From: Octopus vulgaris
Lineage: Eukaryota
DNA: 64,000 nt
Reading direction: 5' to 3'
NCBI GenBank assembly: GCA_951406725.2
Contig: OX597814.1
Location: 214,272,001 to 214,336,000 of the forward strand
The position numbers and the translations under genes were made by a program. Shown piece after piece: positions 39,245 through 51,870 of this stretch. Every line of letters begins with the position of its first letter. The stretch's first letter is position 1. The notes under the pieces were generated by a model, which searched no databases, was not told the origin of the DNA, and saw only the letters and a program-made list of their open reading frames with translations.

Positions 39245-39643
39245 CTTTTCTACTCTAGGCACAAGGCCCGAAATTTTGGGGGAGGCGGGTCAGTCGTTTA
39301 GATCGATTCTAGTACGCAACTGGTACTTAATTTCTAGATCCCGAAAGGATGAAAGGCAAAGTCGACCTTGGCAGAATTTGAACTCAGAACGTAACAGCAG
39401 ACGAAATACCTATTTCTTTACTGCCCACAAGGGGCTAAACACAGAAGGGACAAACAAGGACAGACAAAGGGATTAAGTCGATTACATCGACCCCAGTGCG
39501 TAACTGGTGCTTAATTTATCGACCCCGAAAAGATGAAAGGCAAAGTCAACCTCGGTAGAATTTGAACTCAGAACGTAACAGCAGACGAAATACCGCTAAG
39601 CATTTCGCCCGGCGTGCTAACGTTTCTGCCAGCTCACCGCCTT
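39245..39643 (-). mobile_element. Chimeric SINE B dimer (two tail types)
   Basis: 17-bp TSD aatagagtgggtatatt (39228-39244, 39644-39660) enclosing two units with different 3' tails. Confidence 0.8.
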
Positions 39644-41095
39644 AATAGAGTGGGTATATTATCCGAAAATGGACATATAATACTGTACATTTCGGATAAT
39701 ATATATAAATATATCGTCAGTAGTTCTTATAACCGAAAAAAGAAGCACACTCTAGTACAAAAGAGCAGCGATACATTATATATATTTAGTAGATTGTTAT
39801 GGTTGGACAGAGGGCGACCATTGATTTTGCACCTATAGCGCTTTATAAATGCGGAACCAATGGTCACTCTCTGACTGTACGTGGCTTCCCAACCGCATGG
39901 ATCCAGGTTCAGTCCCATTGCATGGCACCTTGGGCAACAGCCTTCTACTAAAGCCTCGGGTCGACCAAAGCTTTGTGAGTGGATTTGACAGGCGGAAACT
40001 GAACCAAAAGAATACACACACACACACACACACATATCTTACCAATCGCTTTCGCGCTAGGGGTACCGCGGAGTGTTAGTTAACAATACGATTATATTAC
40101 CGTACGCTCATCAGATGTAGCCGATTTGGAACGAAATATGACCATTCCATATAGGCCACCTTTGATGAGCATAGGGTTATATAATCGGATTGTTACATAA
40201 TACTCCGTTGTATTCCTAGCTCGAAACCAATTGGTAATATCATCCGTAATAGATATGTAAAAACTAACACTTCCTTTTTCCGAGCTGACATTCGACACCG
40301 AATCTAAGGATTCTCGCTCGTCTGATCCACCACTGGCCAAACAGGCGTGAAAAAATTTTCTTTGTCCTGTCAAAAAGTGATGGATGGATTTCCCTTCGAC
40401 TTACGACTTGAGTCATGTTGTTTAAGGTTCAAGTGGACAGGAGACGACCTACATAAGTAATCTGTCCTTCTACCTGTCATGACCATTATAAATACAGCAA
40501 TCCGTCAAGGGGCTGCGGAGAGAGCCATCACCAAGCAGACAGCCAGCAAGTAACTTGCGCCAGTCAAGCAGCCAACATAGAAGCACATATTCAGCATGAA
40601 CGATCCAACACAGTAGCAGTCATAGAACATAAACAAATACCATCGGATGACCATAATCACCGAACCTGGAGCTTAACTATGGTCTATCCTTAGCACTTAC
40701 TCGGCATTACCTGACACCTTTGGGTCTTATTGACACCATTACCTCTCATAACCTATATATATATATATCAGTTATCGACCAATGGTACCTTTCAGTTTCG
40801 CACCTTTAACGATTAGACTGAATGCTTCCCAATTGGCGGTGCCCGTAAAGAAAAAGTTTTCCTACGTAGAATTATGGACAAGAGCAAACAAAACGAAGCA
40901 AAATAAGCAAACCAACACTGTGTGATTTAGGACGGTGGACGAGGACAAACAGTTTAACAATATATATATATATACACACACATACATATGCATACTTATA
41001 TACATACACCGATCAACAAATACATTCATACTTATACATACACGCACATACATTCATTTACATATATGTATGTACATAGGTATATTTTGGGGCAC

Positions 41096-41146
<51 letters not shown>

Positions 41147-41322
41147 TAGATAAGAAAGTTGGTTTGTGAAAGCACGTGGGTGAATATATAGAAAAAAAGT
41201 AAAGAGTGAAAAAACTACAGAAGGCTTAAATGTTAAAATATATATATATTTGCGTCAATATGTCTGAAGAATATTAGAAAATTTAAAAAAAAAATTTTTT
41301 CTCTTATAATGACATAATTTAA

Positions 41323-41361
41323 AAGAAAGACCGGTTTCGCGTGTAGCTTTTCAAATTTCTT
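41323..41361 (-). ncRNA. Minimal hammerhead variant (U3-A8) in the Penelope pLTR
   Basis: Minus strand reads AAGAAA T TTGAAAA GC TACAC GC GAAAC CG GTC TTTCTT. Confidence 0.6.
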
Positions 41362-42482
41362 GCAACGTTATGTTTATGTTGAATAGAGTTTTCGTTATAT
41401 TTAAGTTCAGGAGAGTTCTAAATAAGGGAAGGTAGTGAGTGATTTCTTCCGGTGTAAGGGAGATAATCGCTTAAAAAATTTTCCCTTTCCCTTGGTGTGA
41501 ATTTCTCTGTATCAGTATGTTCGGATGGTTGAGTCTGGGCTTGTACTTTTCAATGAAGAATGTTTCCTTGTTTAGTCTAATTTGTGTTGATGTTCCGAAA
41601 GCACATTGGTAAAATGGAAAGATTAAAAATTGTGGTAGTAGTTGCTTTGCGCATTTCTCAATGTGCTCACTAAAAGGTATCATTCTATATTCTGGGAATG
41701 CAATTTGTTGTCGATGCAGTGTGCATCTACGTCTGAGTGATAGTCCCGTGGAACCCTACATACAACCCCAGAAACAAAGAAGCCTTCACCATCATCACCC
41801 AGAATTTACCAATACTTCATAAAGACCCCAAATTAAAGGAAATTCTAAACATACACCAAATCATTAAAAGCTACAAACAGCCTAAATCACTTAAAAGATT
41901 CTCACAAAGGCAAAATTGTCTTCGGAAATTACGGATGCAAGAGTAAAAAAATGTGGTAGATCGAACTGTGCAACATGCCCTTCCTCTTTAAAGAGGGACA
42001 GAAATTCAAGATCAAATCTAACTTTACTTGTGCCTCTGAAAACATAATTTATGTCATAAAATGCTCGGGCTGCCACCAAGACTACGTGGGTTCCATGGGA
42101 CTATCACTCAGACGTAGATGCACACTGCATCGACAACAAATTGCATTCCCAGAATATAGAATGATACCTTTTAATGAGCACATTGAGAAATGCGCAAAGC
42201 AACTACTACCACAATTTTTAATCTTTCCATTTTACCAATGTGCTTTCGGAACATCAACACAAATTAGACTAAACAAGGAAACATTCTTCATTGAAAAGTA
42301 CAAGCTCAGATTCAACCATCCGAACATACTGATACAGAGAAATTCACACCAAGGGAAAGGGAAAATTTTTTAAGCGATTTTCTCCCTTACACCGGAAGAA
42401 ATCACTCACTACCTTCCCTTATTTAGAACTCTCCTGAACTTAAACATAACGAAAACTCTATTCAACATAAACATAACGTCAC

Positions 42483-42521
42483 AAGAAATTTGAAAGGCTA
42501 CACGCGAAACCGGTCTTTCTT
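42483..42521 (+). ncRNA. Second copy of the minimal hammerhead (A9>G change)
   Basis: AAGAAA T TTGAAAG GC TACAC GC GAAAC CG GTC TTTCTT. Confidence 0.5.
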
Positions 42522-42648
42522 TTAAATTATGTCATCATAAGAGAAAAAATTTTTTTTTTAATTTTCTAATATTCTTCAGACATATTGACGCAAATATATA
42601 TATTTTTTAACATTTAAGCCTTCTGTAGTTTTTTCACTCTTTACTATT

Positions 42649-42694
<46 letters not shown>

Positions 42695-42769
42695 GCGGGA
42701 TGGGAAGGATGTGAGTGGGGTGGGGGAACTGAATTATAATATTTTTATACTCTGTCCCATCTTGAAAAT

Positions 42770-43175
42770 GCTTATTTGGCGCGGTGGTTACACCTTGGAA
42801 TTTTCTCATCATGCTTGTTTACCAGGTTCTCACTACTCAGCAGAATACTCAATACTTCCTCAAGGCGAAGATCACATTTGCCGGATAGGAATTACATGGG
42901 TGTGCATTTTTTTTTTTAATTATTGACCATTTTATTTCGTATTTCATTTTTGATTTTTTTTCAGTCTCCATATCCGGTCTGCCAGTGAAGTTGCGTATCG
43001 TCTGTATATTTTTCGGAAAGACGAAATGTGATTGCGACAACAAACTTTGAATTGGTTTCTCCGAGGCACCTATGTATGGGTATTTATGTTGGGATGTGGA
43101 GATTGTACATTTGGATATTATGTTTTTTTTTAGACACATTAGTTCATTAGCGGATTTTTTACGGCATGTGTAGTT
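42770..43175 (-). mobile_element. Decayed GIY-YIG endonuclease of a second Penelope-like lineage
   Basis: CLKKNIISKC...YPYIGASE...IKWSII...AHP, then (frameshifted) CDLRLEE and LVNKH..IPRCNH. Confidence 0.65.
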
Positions 43176-43215
43176 ATTTGTACTATTATAATTTTCATGT
43201 TTATATGTATATGTA

Positions 43216-43247
<32 letters not shown>

Positions 43248-44004
43248 ATGATTATATGTTGTGTATCTTCATCTATAAAATGGTACAGTTTGAGAATGGA
43301 AACCAAGTTTAAACACATCGATTTGCGTTTCAAAATGCAATTTATACCATGAATGTAGTTTTTTTAATACAAATCTGACGCTTGTGCAGTTTTGTACATA
43401 TAATATTTCACATTGTAAACGGCGGTGTCCCAGCATGGCCACAGCTCGTGAGCTGAATCTTGATGAAATGAAAAATAATGAAATGAAATGTTTCACCAAA
43501 ATAAGTACATAGATTATACTTGTCAACCACAGGAAACAGCTACACGTCACTTTCCCTTTTCAGACTTTTGTTTTATGGCTCATCTACACTTCCATTTAAA
43601 AAATTAAAACTTTCCGAACATGTTTTTATTATTTTGACCTTGCGGGAATTTCTCATTTGCGACACTTCCCACACTCGTAAAACTTCGGATTTTGAAAAGT
43701 TTTCAGAATTTTGGATAAAAACTTATACACGCATACATAATTATAATACATACAAATCAGGTATGGTTTGGCTTTTTTGAACATACACGTATTTCACCAA
43801 AATACCATAATAATGACATAACAGTTGTAGAAACATTATGCAATCTTGCACTCCATCATATCAGTGTTCCGCAATAAATATTTTTATTGTGGAACACTGA
43901 TGAGGTAAAGTGCAAGATAGAATAATGTTTCTACAACTGTTATGTAATTACTACTGATGAGACCTGTATATGTTCTATCAAGCATTAAATACCATACTTG
44001 ATAT

Positions 44005-44430
44005 ATTATTATTACTATTATTTCTTTTTATCACAGGTTTTGTTAGAACTGGAGTCTTGCATGCGCAACAGGCTTGCTGCTTTCTGTTCTTTTCAACTAT
44101 TTAATACTTTTCTGATTACTCTGGCTGTGCCAAGGAGGCAAACCTTTTGTAACAGTTCTACTAGGCACTCTCTTCCAATTTCCCTTATATTCCTCTTGAT
44201 GCCTTCTGATACTGTCCCCAAGGACCCAACTGTAACTGGAACCATCTTCACCTTCTTCATTTTTCATAGCTGGTCTATTTCGTACTTAAGAGGGTTGTAT
44301 TTATTAATTTTTTCCCCCCTTTCTTGACTATTTGTGGGTCAAAGGGACATGCAACATCAACTCTATAGCACATGTAGTGCATCTTGTCTACCACCACTAG
44401 GTCTGGTCTGTTATGCCTTACCACCTGATC
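44005..44430 (-). mobile_element. R4/Dong-like non-LTR element 3' end (restriction-like endonuclease)
   Basis: DQVVRHNRPDLVVVDK...VDVACPFD (PD..D motif); (TAA)n-like tail at ~44005-44020. Confidence 0.7.
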
Positions 44431-44702
44431 TGTTATTCTTATATGTAGCGCACGCATACATCCATGCCTATACGCACATACACTTTGTTCTCATGACGGC
44501 CTGTCTATTATTCTGTATACATAACGCACACACAGTTAACATATCAATAAATAGAACTCTCTTAATCATTCTACTCGAGTGTGTCTCTCTCTTTTCCAAC
44601 TGGCACCTTATATGTATTATTCTAGCCTTTTGAACAGAGTCGTTATTAGATGGTTTCACCACACTTCACCCCGACCATCTATAGAAGCTTTACCTCTTGA
44701 AC

Positions 44703-44850
44703 TCACGTTTTTGTGCGCAACAATGTTGTTGAACCTCCGTTAACAGCACCGTATGCAGGTCCTTTTCGTTTCCTTTCACGCACGGTTAAGTTTTTCACTA
44801 TAGACCTTATTGGTCGTAATGACACTATACCAGTGAGAAAATTGTCCCTG
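44703..44850 (+). mobile_element. Gypsy integrase GPY/F-domain fragment
   Basis: VFVRNNVVEPPLTAPYAGPFRFL...DTIPVRKL. Confidence 0.6.
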
Positions 44851-45125
44851 TTCCCACTGCAGACGACACACACAGCATTGCAAACACCGCCCGCACATCC
44901 ATATCCACATTCCATGACTACCATTGGGATCGATCAGGTACCGGACAAAGATTCTGGATTATTTTTCCGTTTTTTTTTTTTTCACTTAATTTTTGAGAGT
45001 GGTCGGGTTCATTTTTAGTATTCTCGTTTGTGAGAGTAGTCGAGTTTATTTCAGATATTCTTATTTTAAAAGTCATCTCCGGCTAATCGTTGATGTTGCG
45101 TTCTCTGAGTGCTATTATTATAAGT

Positions 45126-46560
45126 CCATGCCGTCCAACAGCGTCGTAGGGCGCTGGACAGATGGACCCGTTAAACTGCTCGGAGTCTGGTTCGGTCCGG
45201 ACCTCCAGGTGGATAAAAACTGGGAAGAAGTGACGAGCAGGGTGGCCAATCTCACCCAGAAATGGGCCGAGAGGAAGCTGTCCCTGAAAGGTCGAGCGGA
45301 GGTGGCGAATGCATACATCGCATCCGTCATCCTTTACCGATTGACCGTCGTCCCTTGTCCCGACCGCTGGTTGGCCAAGCTGGTACACTTGCTCTTTGAC
45401 TTTTTGTGGAAGGGTCAGGTACCACTGGTCAGGCGATCCATCTGCTGTCAACGACCGCTGAACGGAGGCCTTGGCATGCCGTGGTTACTGATGCGCAGAC
45501 ATGCGCTCAAGCTACAGCATCTCAAGCGTTTCCTAGACGGTGAACAGGTGTGGTCGTCTTTTGTCAAAAGCGACTTTCCGCAGCTCGTCTCTTTGACAGA
45601 GCTGCAAACCTGGATCAAACGCAGACCGAGAAAGGGCGCTTGGCACCTCGAGTGCCGTCAAGCTCTCTTCGCCCTCCGCCAAGCGGGCAATGCAATCGGT
45701 AGTAGTTCCACTCTAGCGTTCTATAGAGGGTTAGTGGAAGAAAAGTGCGACGACGTTCTCGGGGAAACTGTAGGCGTTGACGATAACGAGCTGAGCAGTC
45801 TGTTCGGGAGGACTTTCGGGCCGGGGCCAATGGACAATTTCCAGAGGTCCCTCGCCTGGCAGTGCCGTCAGCCGGACCTGCCCGAGGTGCTGCCAGGACG
45901 ACGAAACCGTTCTGCACGCACTCGTCCAGTGTCCGAGTATTGCTGAACTATGGGTTTATGTCGAACAGCTACTGTCGCGTATAGGACGGATCCGGCTATC
46001 AGCTGAATCCATAGTGAAGATTGCCCTGCCGACCTCCTTTAACCAGGAGGGTAAGGCAGTTTTCCTTTGCCTAGTGGCTGTAGCGAAAGAGGTGGTATAG
46101 TGGACCCGTTTGAAAGGGCTAAGGTCAGACACTTTCCTCTTTGGCCCAGGCCTCATGAACTTTTTCAAGTTTCACTTGAAAAGGAAGATGAGAGTAGAGA
46201 GGCAAGTGCTGTCCGATAGCAAGTTTACTGAAAGGTGGATAAATGTCGCAAGAATGGCCAGTATGAAAGGAGCCATTCTGAGGATACACCTGTAATTTAA
46301 AAAGGTATTACAAAAGGAGAAAGGGGCTCTCTACCCTCCTTTTGACCAGGCTCCCGTGGCTTTTATGGGTTTTTGTACCAGGAACCTTTCGTAACGCCTC
46401 CCCCTATTGGGAGTTTTTCGTTGTTATAATTTTTCGTAGTTACACTGTTTTTACACGGTTTTTTTACAAACGGACAAAACCTTTTGTAACCTTTCATCCT
46501 GTGTTTTTGTCCCTTTATGTTTTAATTAATTTTTGTCAGCCCTTGTGGGCAATAAAAGAA
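45126..46560 (+). mobile_element. L1/Tx1-clade LINE, 5'-truncated ORF2 C-terminus and 3'UTR
   Basis: KLLGVWF, WAERKLSLKGR, FLWKG and GGLGMP motifs; frameshifted CPRCCQDDETVLHALVQC knuckle; ends in AATAAA. Confidence 0.85.
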
Positions 46561-47059
46561 TGAATTATTATTATAATTATTATTATTACTACTACAACTA
46601 CTATTGAAGACGGTGAGGTGCCAGAATCGTTAAGGCGCTGGGCAAAATTCTTGGCGGTATTTCGCCTGTCTTTACGTTCTGCCGAGGTGGACTTTGCCTC
46701 CCATCCTTACGAGGTCCATAAATTAAGTACCAGTGAAACACTGAGGTCAATGTAATCGACTTATCCCCTTCCCCAAAATGGCTGCCCTTGTGACAAAATT
46801 AGAAACCATTATTATTATATTGCTGTCTTTCGTTTGGTTCGTTTTATAAACCAGCCTATCCTGGCGGTGATGTCTCGCATCGTACTACACTGGATACTGG
46901 ATTGGAGTCCGGAACCCACTACTGAGCCTGGTCTTCGTTTTGTGCAACGATTCATATGTATACGAACACACAATCACATATATGTGTGTGTATGTGTCTG
47001 TCTGTGTATGTCTATGTATATCTCGATTGTTATTTTTAGATTTTAAACACTCCTACTAA

Positions 47060-47454
47060 CTAGCAGTATCGCCCGGCGTTGCTCGGGTTTGTAAGGGAAA
47101 TAACTATATTAGCAATTTTAGAGAGTTATAGCCAAAAAATAGCAAAAAAATGCATTAAAAATGGAAAAAATGATGGTAAATTTTTTTTAAATCGTTGACT
47201 CATCGTAGACATTTTTAGAGAGTTACTTCCCTTATATAATAGCGAAAAAATGCATTAAAATGGAAAAAAATGATGGTAAATTTTTTTTTAAATCGTAGAC
47301 TCATCGTAGACGCGCGCTAATACCCAGAAGGGCTCGATATGAATCACAACTATAAGATACCCGGTTTTGGTTAAACTGCACCGCAAAATGTGGGAGTAGT
47401 TAGGAATCTAAATCGTAGGAGACAGACACACAACTTGACTTTTGTATATAAAGA
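47060..47454 (-). mobile_element. Non-autonomous Helitron, full length
   Basis: Minus strand A|TC...cccgagcaacgccggg hairpin...CTAG|T; inserted in an AT dinucleotide with no TSD; ~105-bp internal duplication. Confidence 0.82.
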
Positions 47455-50400
47455 TTACACGAATAGTCTCAGTTAATTGAAGTTTTCAACATTCGATACC
47501 AGTTATGCGAGACCTTACCGTATGTGTATTTAGTACACAGATCATGACCCTGGGGTACTTTTCGTTAGTTTTGTTGTTGATATAGATAATCATCGTCACT
47601 ACACTCTTTCTATTTCTATATATACTGATCATTTCTGCCTTGCCAACTGAGTTGAATGCGATTTTTTGAGGTAATGTAATAAGATCGAAATGTTCGTTAC
47701 TTTCACTAGTTGACCTTAAAAATACAATCAAGACAATCTAACCATGTGGCCAATGGTTAGATCATTTGCTTCACAGATTTCCAAAAGTATTTATCTCTTT
47801 TTGTGCATCATATCCATTGCTTTCATGCACACTGGAATTGCCCAACATGGTCTTTATAGACTCTAGTCGTGACAATGATGTTGCTGTTGTAGTGGGTATC
47901 CAAGACCTAACCTCTAGGTACTTGGTCAGGCCCTACGAGTGAGCCATCACAATTTCACGAGATTGATCTATAAATTGACCAGTCAGTGTGAGGCTGTGAC
48001 ATGATATAGTTTTCTCGAATGTTCACTAATTTAAACTCCTGTCCCCCTCAAAAAAACCGTTTTTGGCACTAAACTAATTGTAGAGTATTGAAGGTGGCTG
48101 ATTGATTCATGAGCCTCCTCTCTTGCCATGCAGATGGATCTGGACATTTGTGCAGACAACACCAGGTTCTTGGACAGACCATTCTGAACATTCTCACAAT
48201 GTCTTAGAAATAACGTCTACGGATGCAGTGCAATTTTCTCTTGCTACCCCAGTCGGAAGTTATTAATATTGCTCATTGTAAATAGCCAAATTATTTCCAG
48301 CAATAAATAGGAAGTTAAATGCTTGTGAGTTTGCTTCGATTATTATTCTTCCAGCCAAGAATGACCTCTCCATTTACACTACACCATGTTAATAAAGCCA
48401 TCCAATTTGGCAATGGTGACACACTCTTCTGAAGTATATCAACATTCTTCATGACCCAGTCAAGTGACAAGCTGACCTCGCGACACTCTCATTCATTATC
48501 AATGTGTCCCACAAGAGCATCTCATAGAAATAAAAGGTCCTTTTTTTCACCTGCTAGTGATGTGGTGTATATGTAGAGATCAGTGCATATAACTATTCTA
48601 AGATTAATTAGTGATTCACCAACCGTAATAGTTCTATAGCAAGAACTATTGTCATAGATTATCACATCATTTAGGCTTAAACAGTCCGAAATTGGATCAT
48701 CCCGCATGTTCCTAATGAATGGTCACATAAACTGGTCTTGTGATGGTGTGATACTTGATTGAGTCTGCGTCTTGCATTGGTCTAGTTTTCAATCTGTATC
48801 CAATCGCGTTGTACTATTGACCAACCTGCGTGGCAAAATCAAATGCTTGTTTGAGCTTGATGGTGTCTTTAAATAGCATGAAGTTTTTCATTTTTGCTGG
48901 TGAGGTGAGAATTTTCAGAGAAAGGAGAGAGACTGCCAGGAAGCTTTGTCACATCATTTGTTTCCTGTTTGCCAAGCACTTATAACCAAGTTTCGACTCA
49001 GTTGAGAAGCAGACTATGTATATTTTCTACACACTGTTATATTCATGACTAGCTTGAAAGCTGCACTCCGTGCGGACTTTTATGCTGGCTCCTGTGGAGG
49101 GCTAATTAGGCCTGCGGTTCCAAACCAAGGAGAGCTAAACAGCATTTCTATAGTATGTCTATAATGACTATATGCCCTGGTGGTGTTTGATAAGAGGTTA
49201 AGGACAGGTGATAATTACTTCTGTCATGCAACCATTCAATTGTTCCTGTCCCAAGTTGAATTCCAACTGTTGGCCAATTTGTCCCAAAATTCTTTTCTTG
49301 ACATAAAATTAATGAAGCGAATATCATTTATCTCCCCTTGATCTCTGACGTCATCTGACATGCAAACTAGGATGGCGTAAACCAGCTAAGCTTTACCTGC
49401 TAGAAATAGCAACCCAAATCCATTTAAATCAGGTTCCAATGCTGGATGTTCAAGAACCAAATAAGGGCAGATTTTCAACCCTGGATCACCCTGATTCCAA
49501 AATGGTATATGCCCATGTACAGCAAATGTAGACTGAGATACAAGGATCCCAGGCAGACAGACAGAATTTTAGTTTTATTGATATAGATGTAGCCAGCTGG
49601 TTTGCTGTACAAATTTATTTAGCAGATGAATAGTGTCGCAGTTCCTTAAAATGTCGTTTTGTATTTCTTTCCACTAATTTATATGGAACCCATGGAACCA
49701 AGAACTTGTAATAATATAAGGGCTAAAGACATGCTTCACACCAGCTAAATTTAATTATTTTATCTATCCAAATTTCTATCAATAATATACCGATTCCACA
49801 AAACTTAGCACTGTTATACCAAACAATTTGCATCTATATTTCTTGCCCTTTGACATTTCCTTCAAGTCTCCCATCCAGCTTATCTTTTGAACACAAAACT
49901 CACCCATTCTACATTCATTCAAGTGTTTCTATGATCTTTCCAGATCATATCCACATTGACAGAGCCACTCCTTAGGTTTTGCAACCTTACAGGAAGTGGA
50001 GTATTTCAGGTGATGTTTTGGCTATCTGATGTCTGTTTTCTGGATCTGAAAGGAAGAGAGGTGGTGTGATCATTTTGATATCAGTCGAGGGATGTTTATA
50101 ATTAGTCAGATGTTCACACTCGACCATCCCACTTGTGTAGACCTCAATATACAATTAGTTTTTATTATGATTATCAAGATATTGTTATGGTTTTATTAGC
50201 TAAAGCCACTTGCTATAATCATTACTTTACAGCCTGTAGTGCGTACATTTTATTGTACCATAAGTACTAGAAAGGTTATCCAACCAGATTAAAGTGTCCT
50301 TTATACATTGTGTCATTTTTTTATTCACAGTTACTGCTTTCTTTAGATAAATTACGTTTGTCATGAGTTGCAGAGTTCACTTCTCCCTTGTGAGGATTTT

Positions 50401-51658
50401 ATTCAGAGTTTTGACTCTCCTAGTCAGGCTTCTTTCATAATGGCTAAAGAGCAATGTCTCTCTGTAGCATAGTATGTCAGCAGAAAGTGAAAGAGCTTTA
50501 TATGTTTATATGTTGTGGTTGTTCGGCTCTGGGTTAATCCCCATGATCCAGTCAAGACCACATGCATGATCTCCTAGAAACTTTCTTGACAAGCTAGTTG
50601 AATTAATGACAACAGTTATACAAGGGGCTGCTGAAAGGTTCCTGGCTTTAAGAGTATTGCAAAAGGCCTGGCTGGAGGCCCAACCTTCTGAGTCCTTTTA
50701 CAGGGCTTAGAAAAACTGAAGGACTGAATAAAATCATAATCAACTGAGCCGCCTGTATTTTCTTTTACCCAAAGCTATGAACTTTACAGTACCCCCCCCC
50801 ACACACTTGTACTTGTCATCACGAGGAGTGAGGTGGGATAGTTATGACTACCATTCTACTGAGTAGACATATTTACTAAACAGGAGGGAAATAAACAAAT
50901 TTCTTAGTAGCAGCAGTAAGAAATTATTTTTCTCTTAGCTTAATTTTATATCTCTTGGTTTCTTTTTTTTTTCTGTCCATAAAACCAGTAGGAAGGATTG
51001 TCCTCTATCCTGGAGTGGTATTTTATTTACCCCAGTTTGCTGTGCAGAAAGATAAATAAATAAAGGAATTGACAAATGGTTCAATATATCTTCAAAATTT
51101 GTGGAGCTTCTTCATTGAAGTTGCCAATAAGAGAAGAGAAATTTCAAAGAAAGAATTTGGTCAATTTTTATAGTTATGGTAGTAATAAATAATTATCCTT
51201 AGTTTAATTTCAGGTCTATGAATATTTATTTCTTTATTGCTCACAAGGGGCTAAACAAGGACAGATAAAGGGATTAAGTCGATTACATCGATCCCAGTGC
51301 ATAACTGGTACTTATTTAATCGACCCTGAAAAGACGAAAGGCAAAGCTGACCTCAGCGGAATTTGAACTCAGAACGTGGCGGCAGACGAAATACCGGTAA
51401 GCATTTCACCCGGCATCCAAACGATTCTGTCAGCTCACTGCCTTCTATGAATATTGATATTCAGGTCTTTGAATATTGATAGGAATCACATTAGATATTG
51501 TGTGCAGGAGGCAAGACAGCTAGGAGGGTATGTATTGTATATGGAGGATAGCAGTTAACAAAACACATAAAAAGGTATCTAAATGGAAGGAATTTGCAGA
51601 AGAAAAGGACTGAATATTATATGGAATAAAGTGGTGCAAGTGACTCTCAGAAGATTAA

Positions 51659-51870
51659 CCCTTTAGTGTTCACATTATTCTGCCAAAATTAATCCTTTTT
51701 ATCCACATTGCTTTGAACTAATCTTGTATTATCTTGTAGTTATGAGATTTTGACGAGGTAGCTATTAATTTTTAAGATGATATTGTAGGGTTGGTGTGAG
51801 AGACCAGATATGGCCAGTTTGAACATTAAACAAGCAGAATACTTTTGGCCAGATATGGCCAGTTTAAATC
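51659..51870. mobile_element. piggyBac-type MITE family 1 (right end lost)
   Basis: TTAA|CCCTTTAG start; colinear with 737-945. Confidence 0.7.

Larger units (their letters stand above)
41184..42658 (+). mobile_element. Penelope-like retroelement, 5'-truncated, with inverted pseudo-LTR
   Basis: TYNP.., CGRSNCATC linker and GIY-YIG (NIIYVIKCSGCHQDYVG...RCTLH) at 41757-42373; 41184-41756 is the reverse complement of 42088-42658. Confidence 0.88.

Noticed and set aside
44993-45125. 5' part of the 317-aa ORF
   Set aside because: AT-rich flank fortuitously in frame with the truncated L1/Tx1 ORF2.
47690-48960. Possible highly decayed LINE endonuclease region on the minus strand
   Set aside because: Motifs too degraded to support a call without a profile search.
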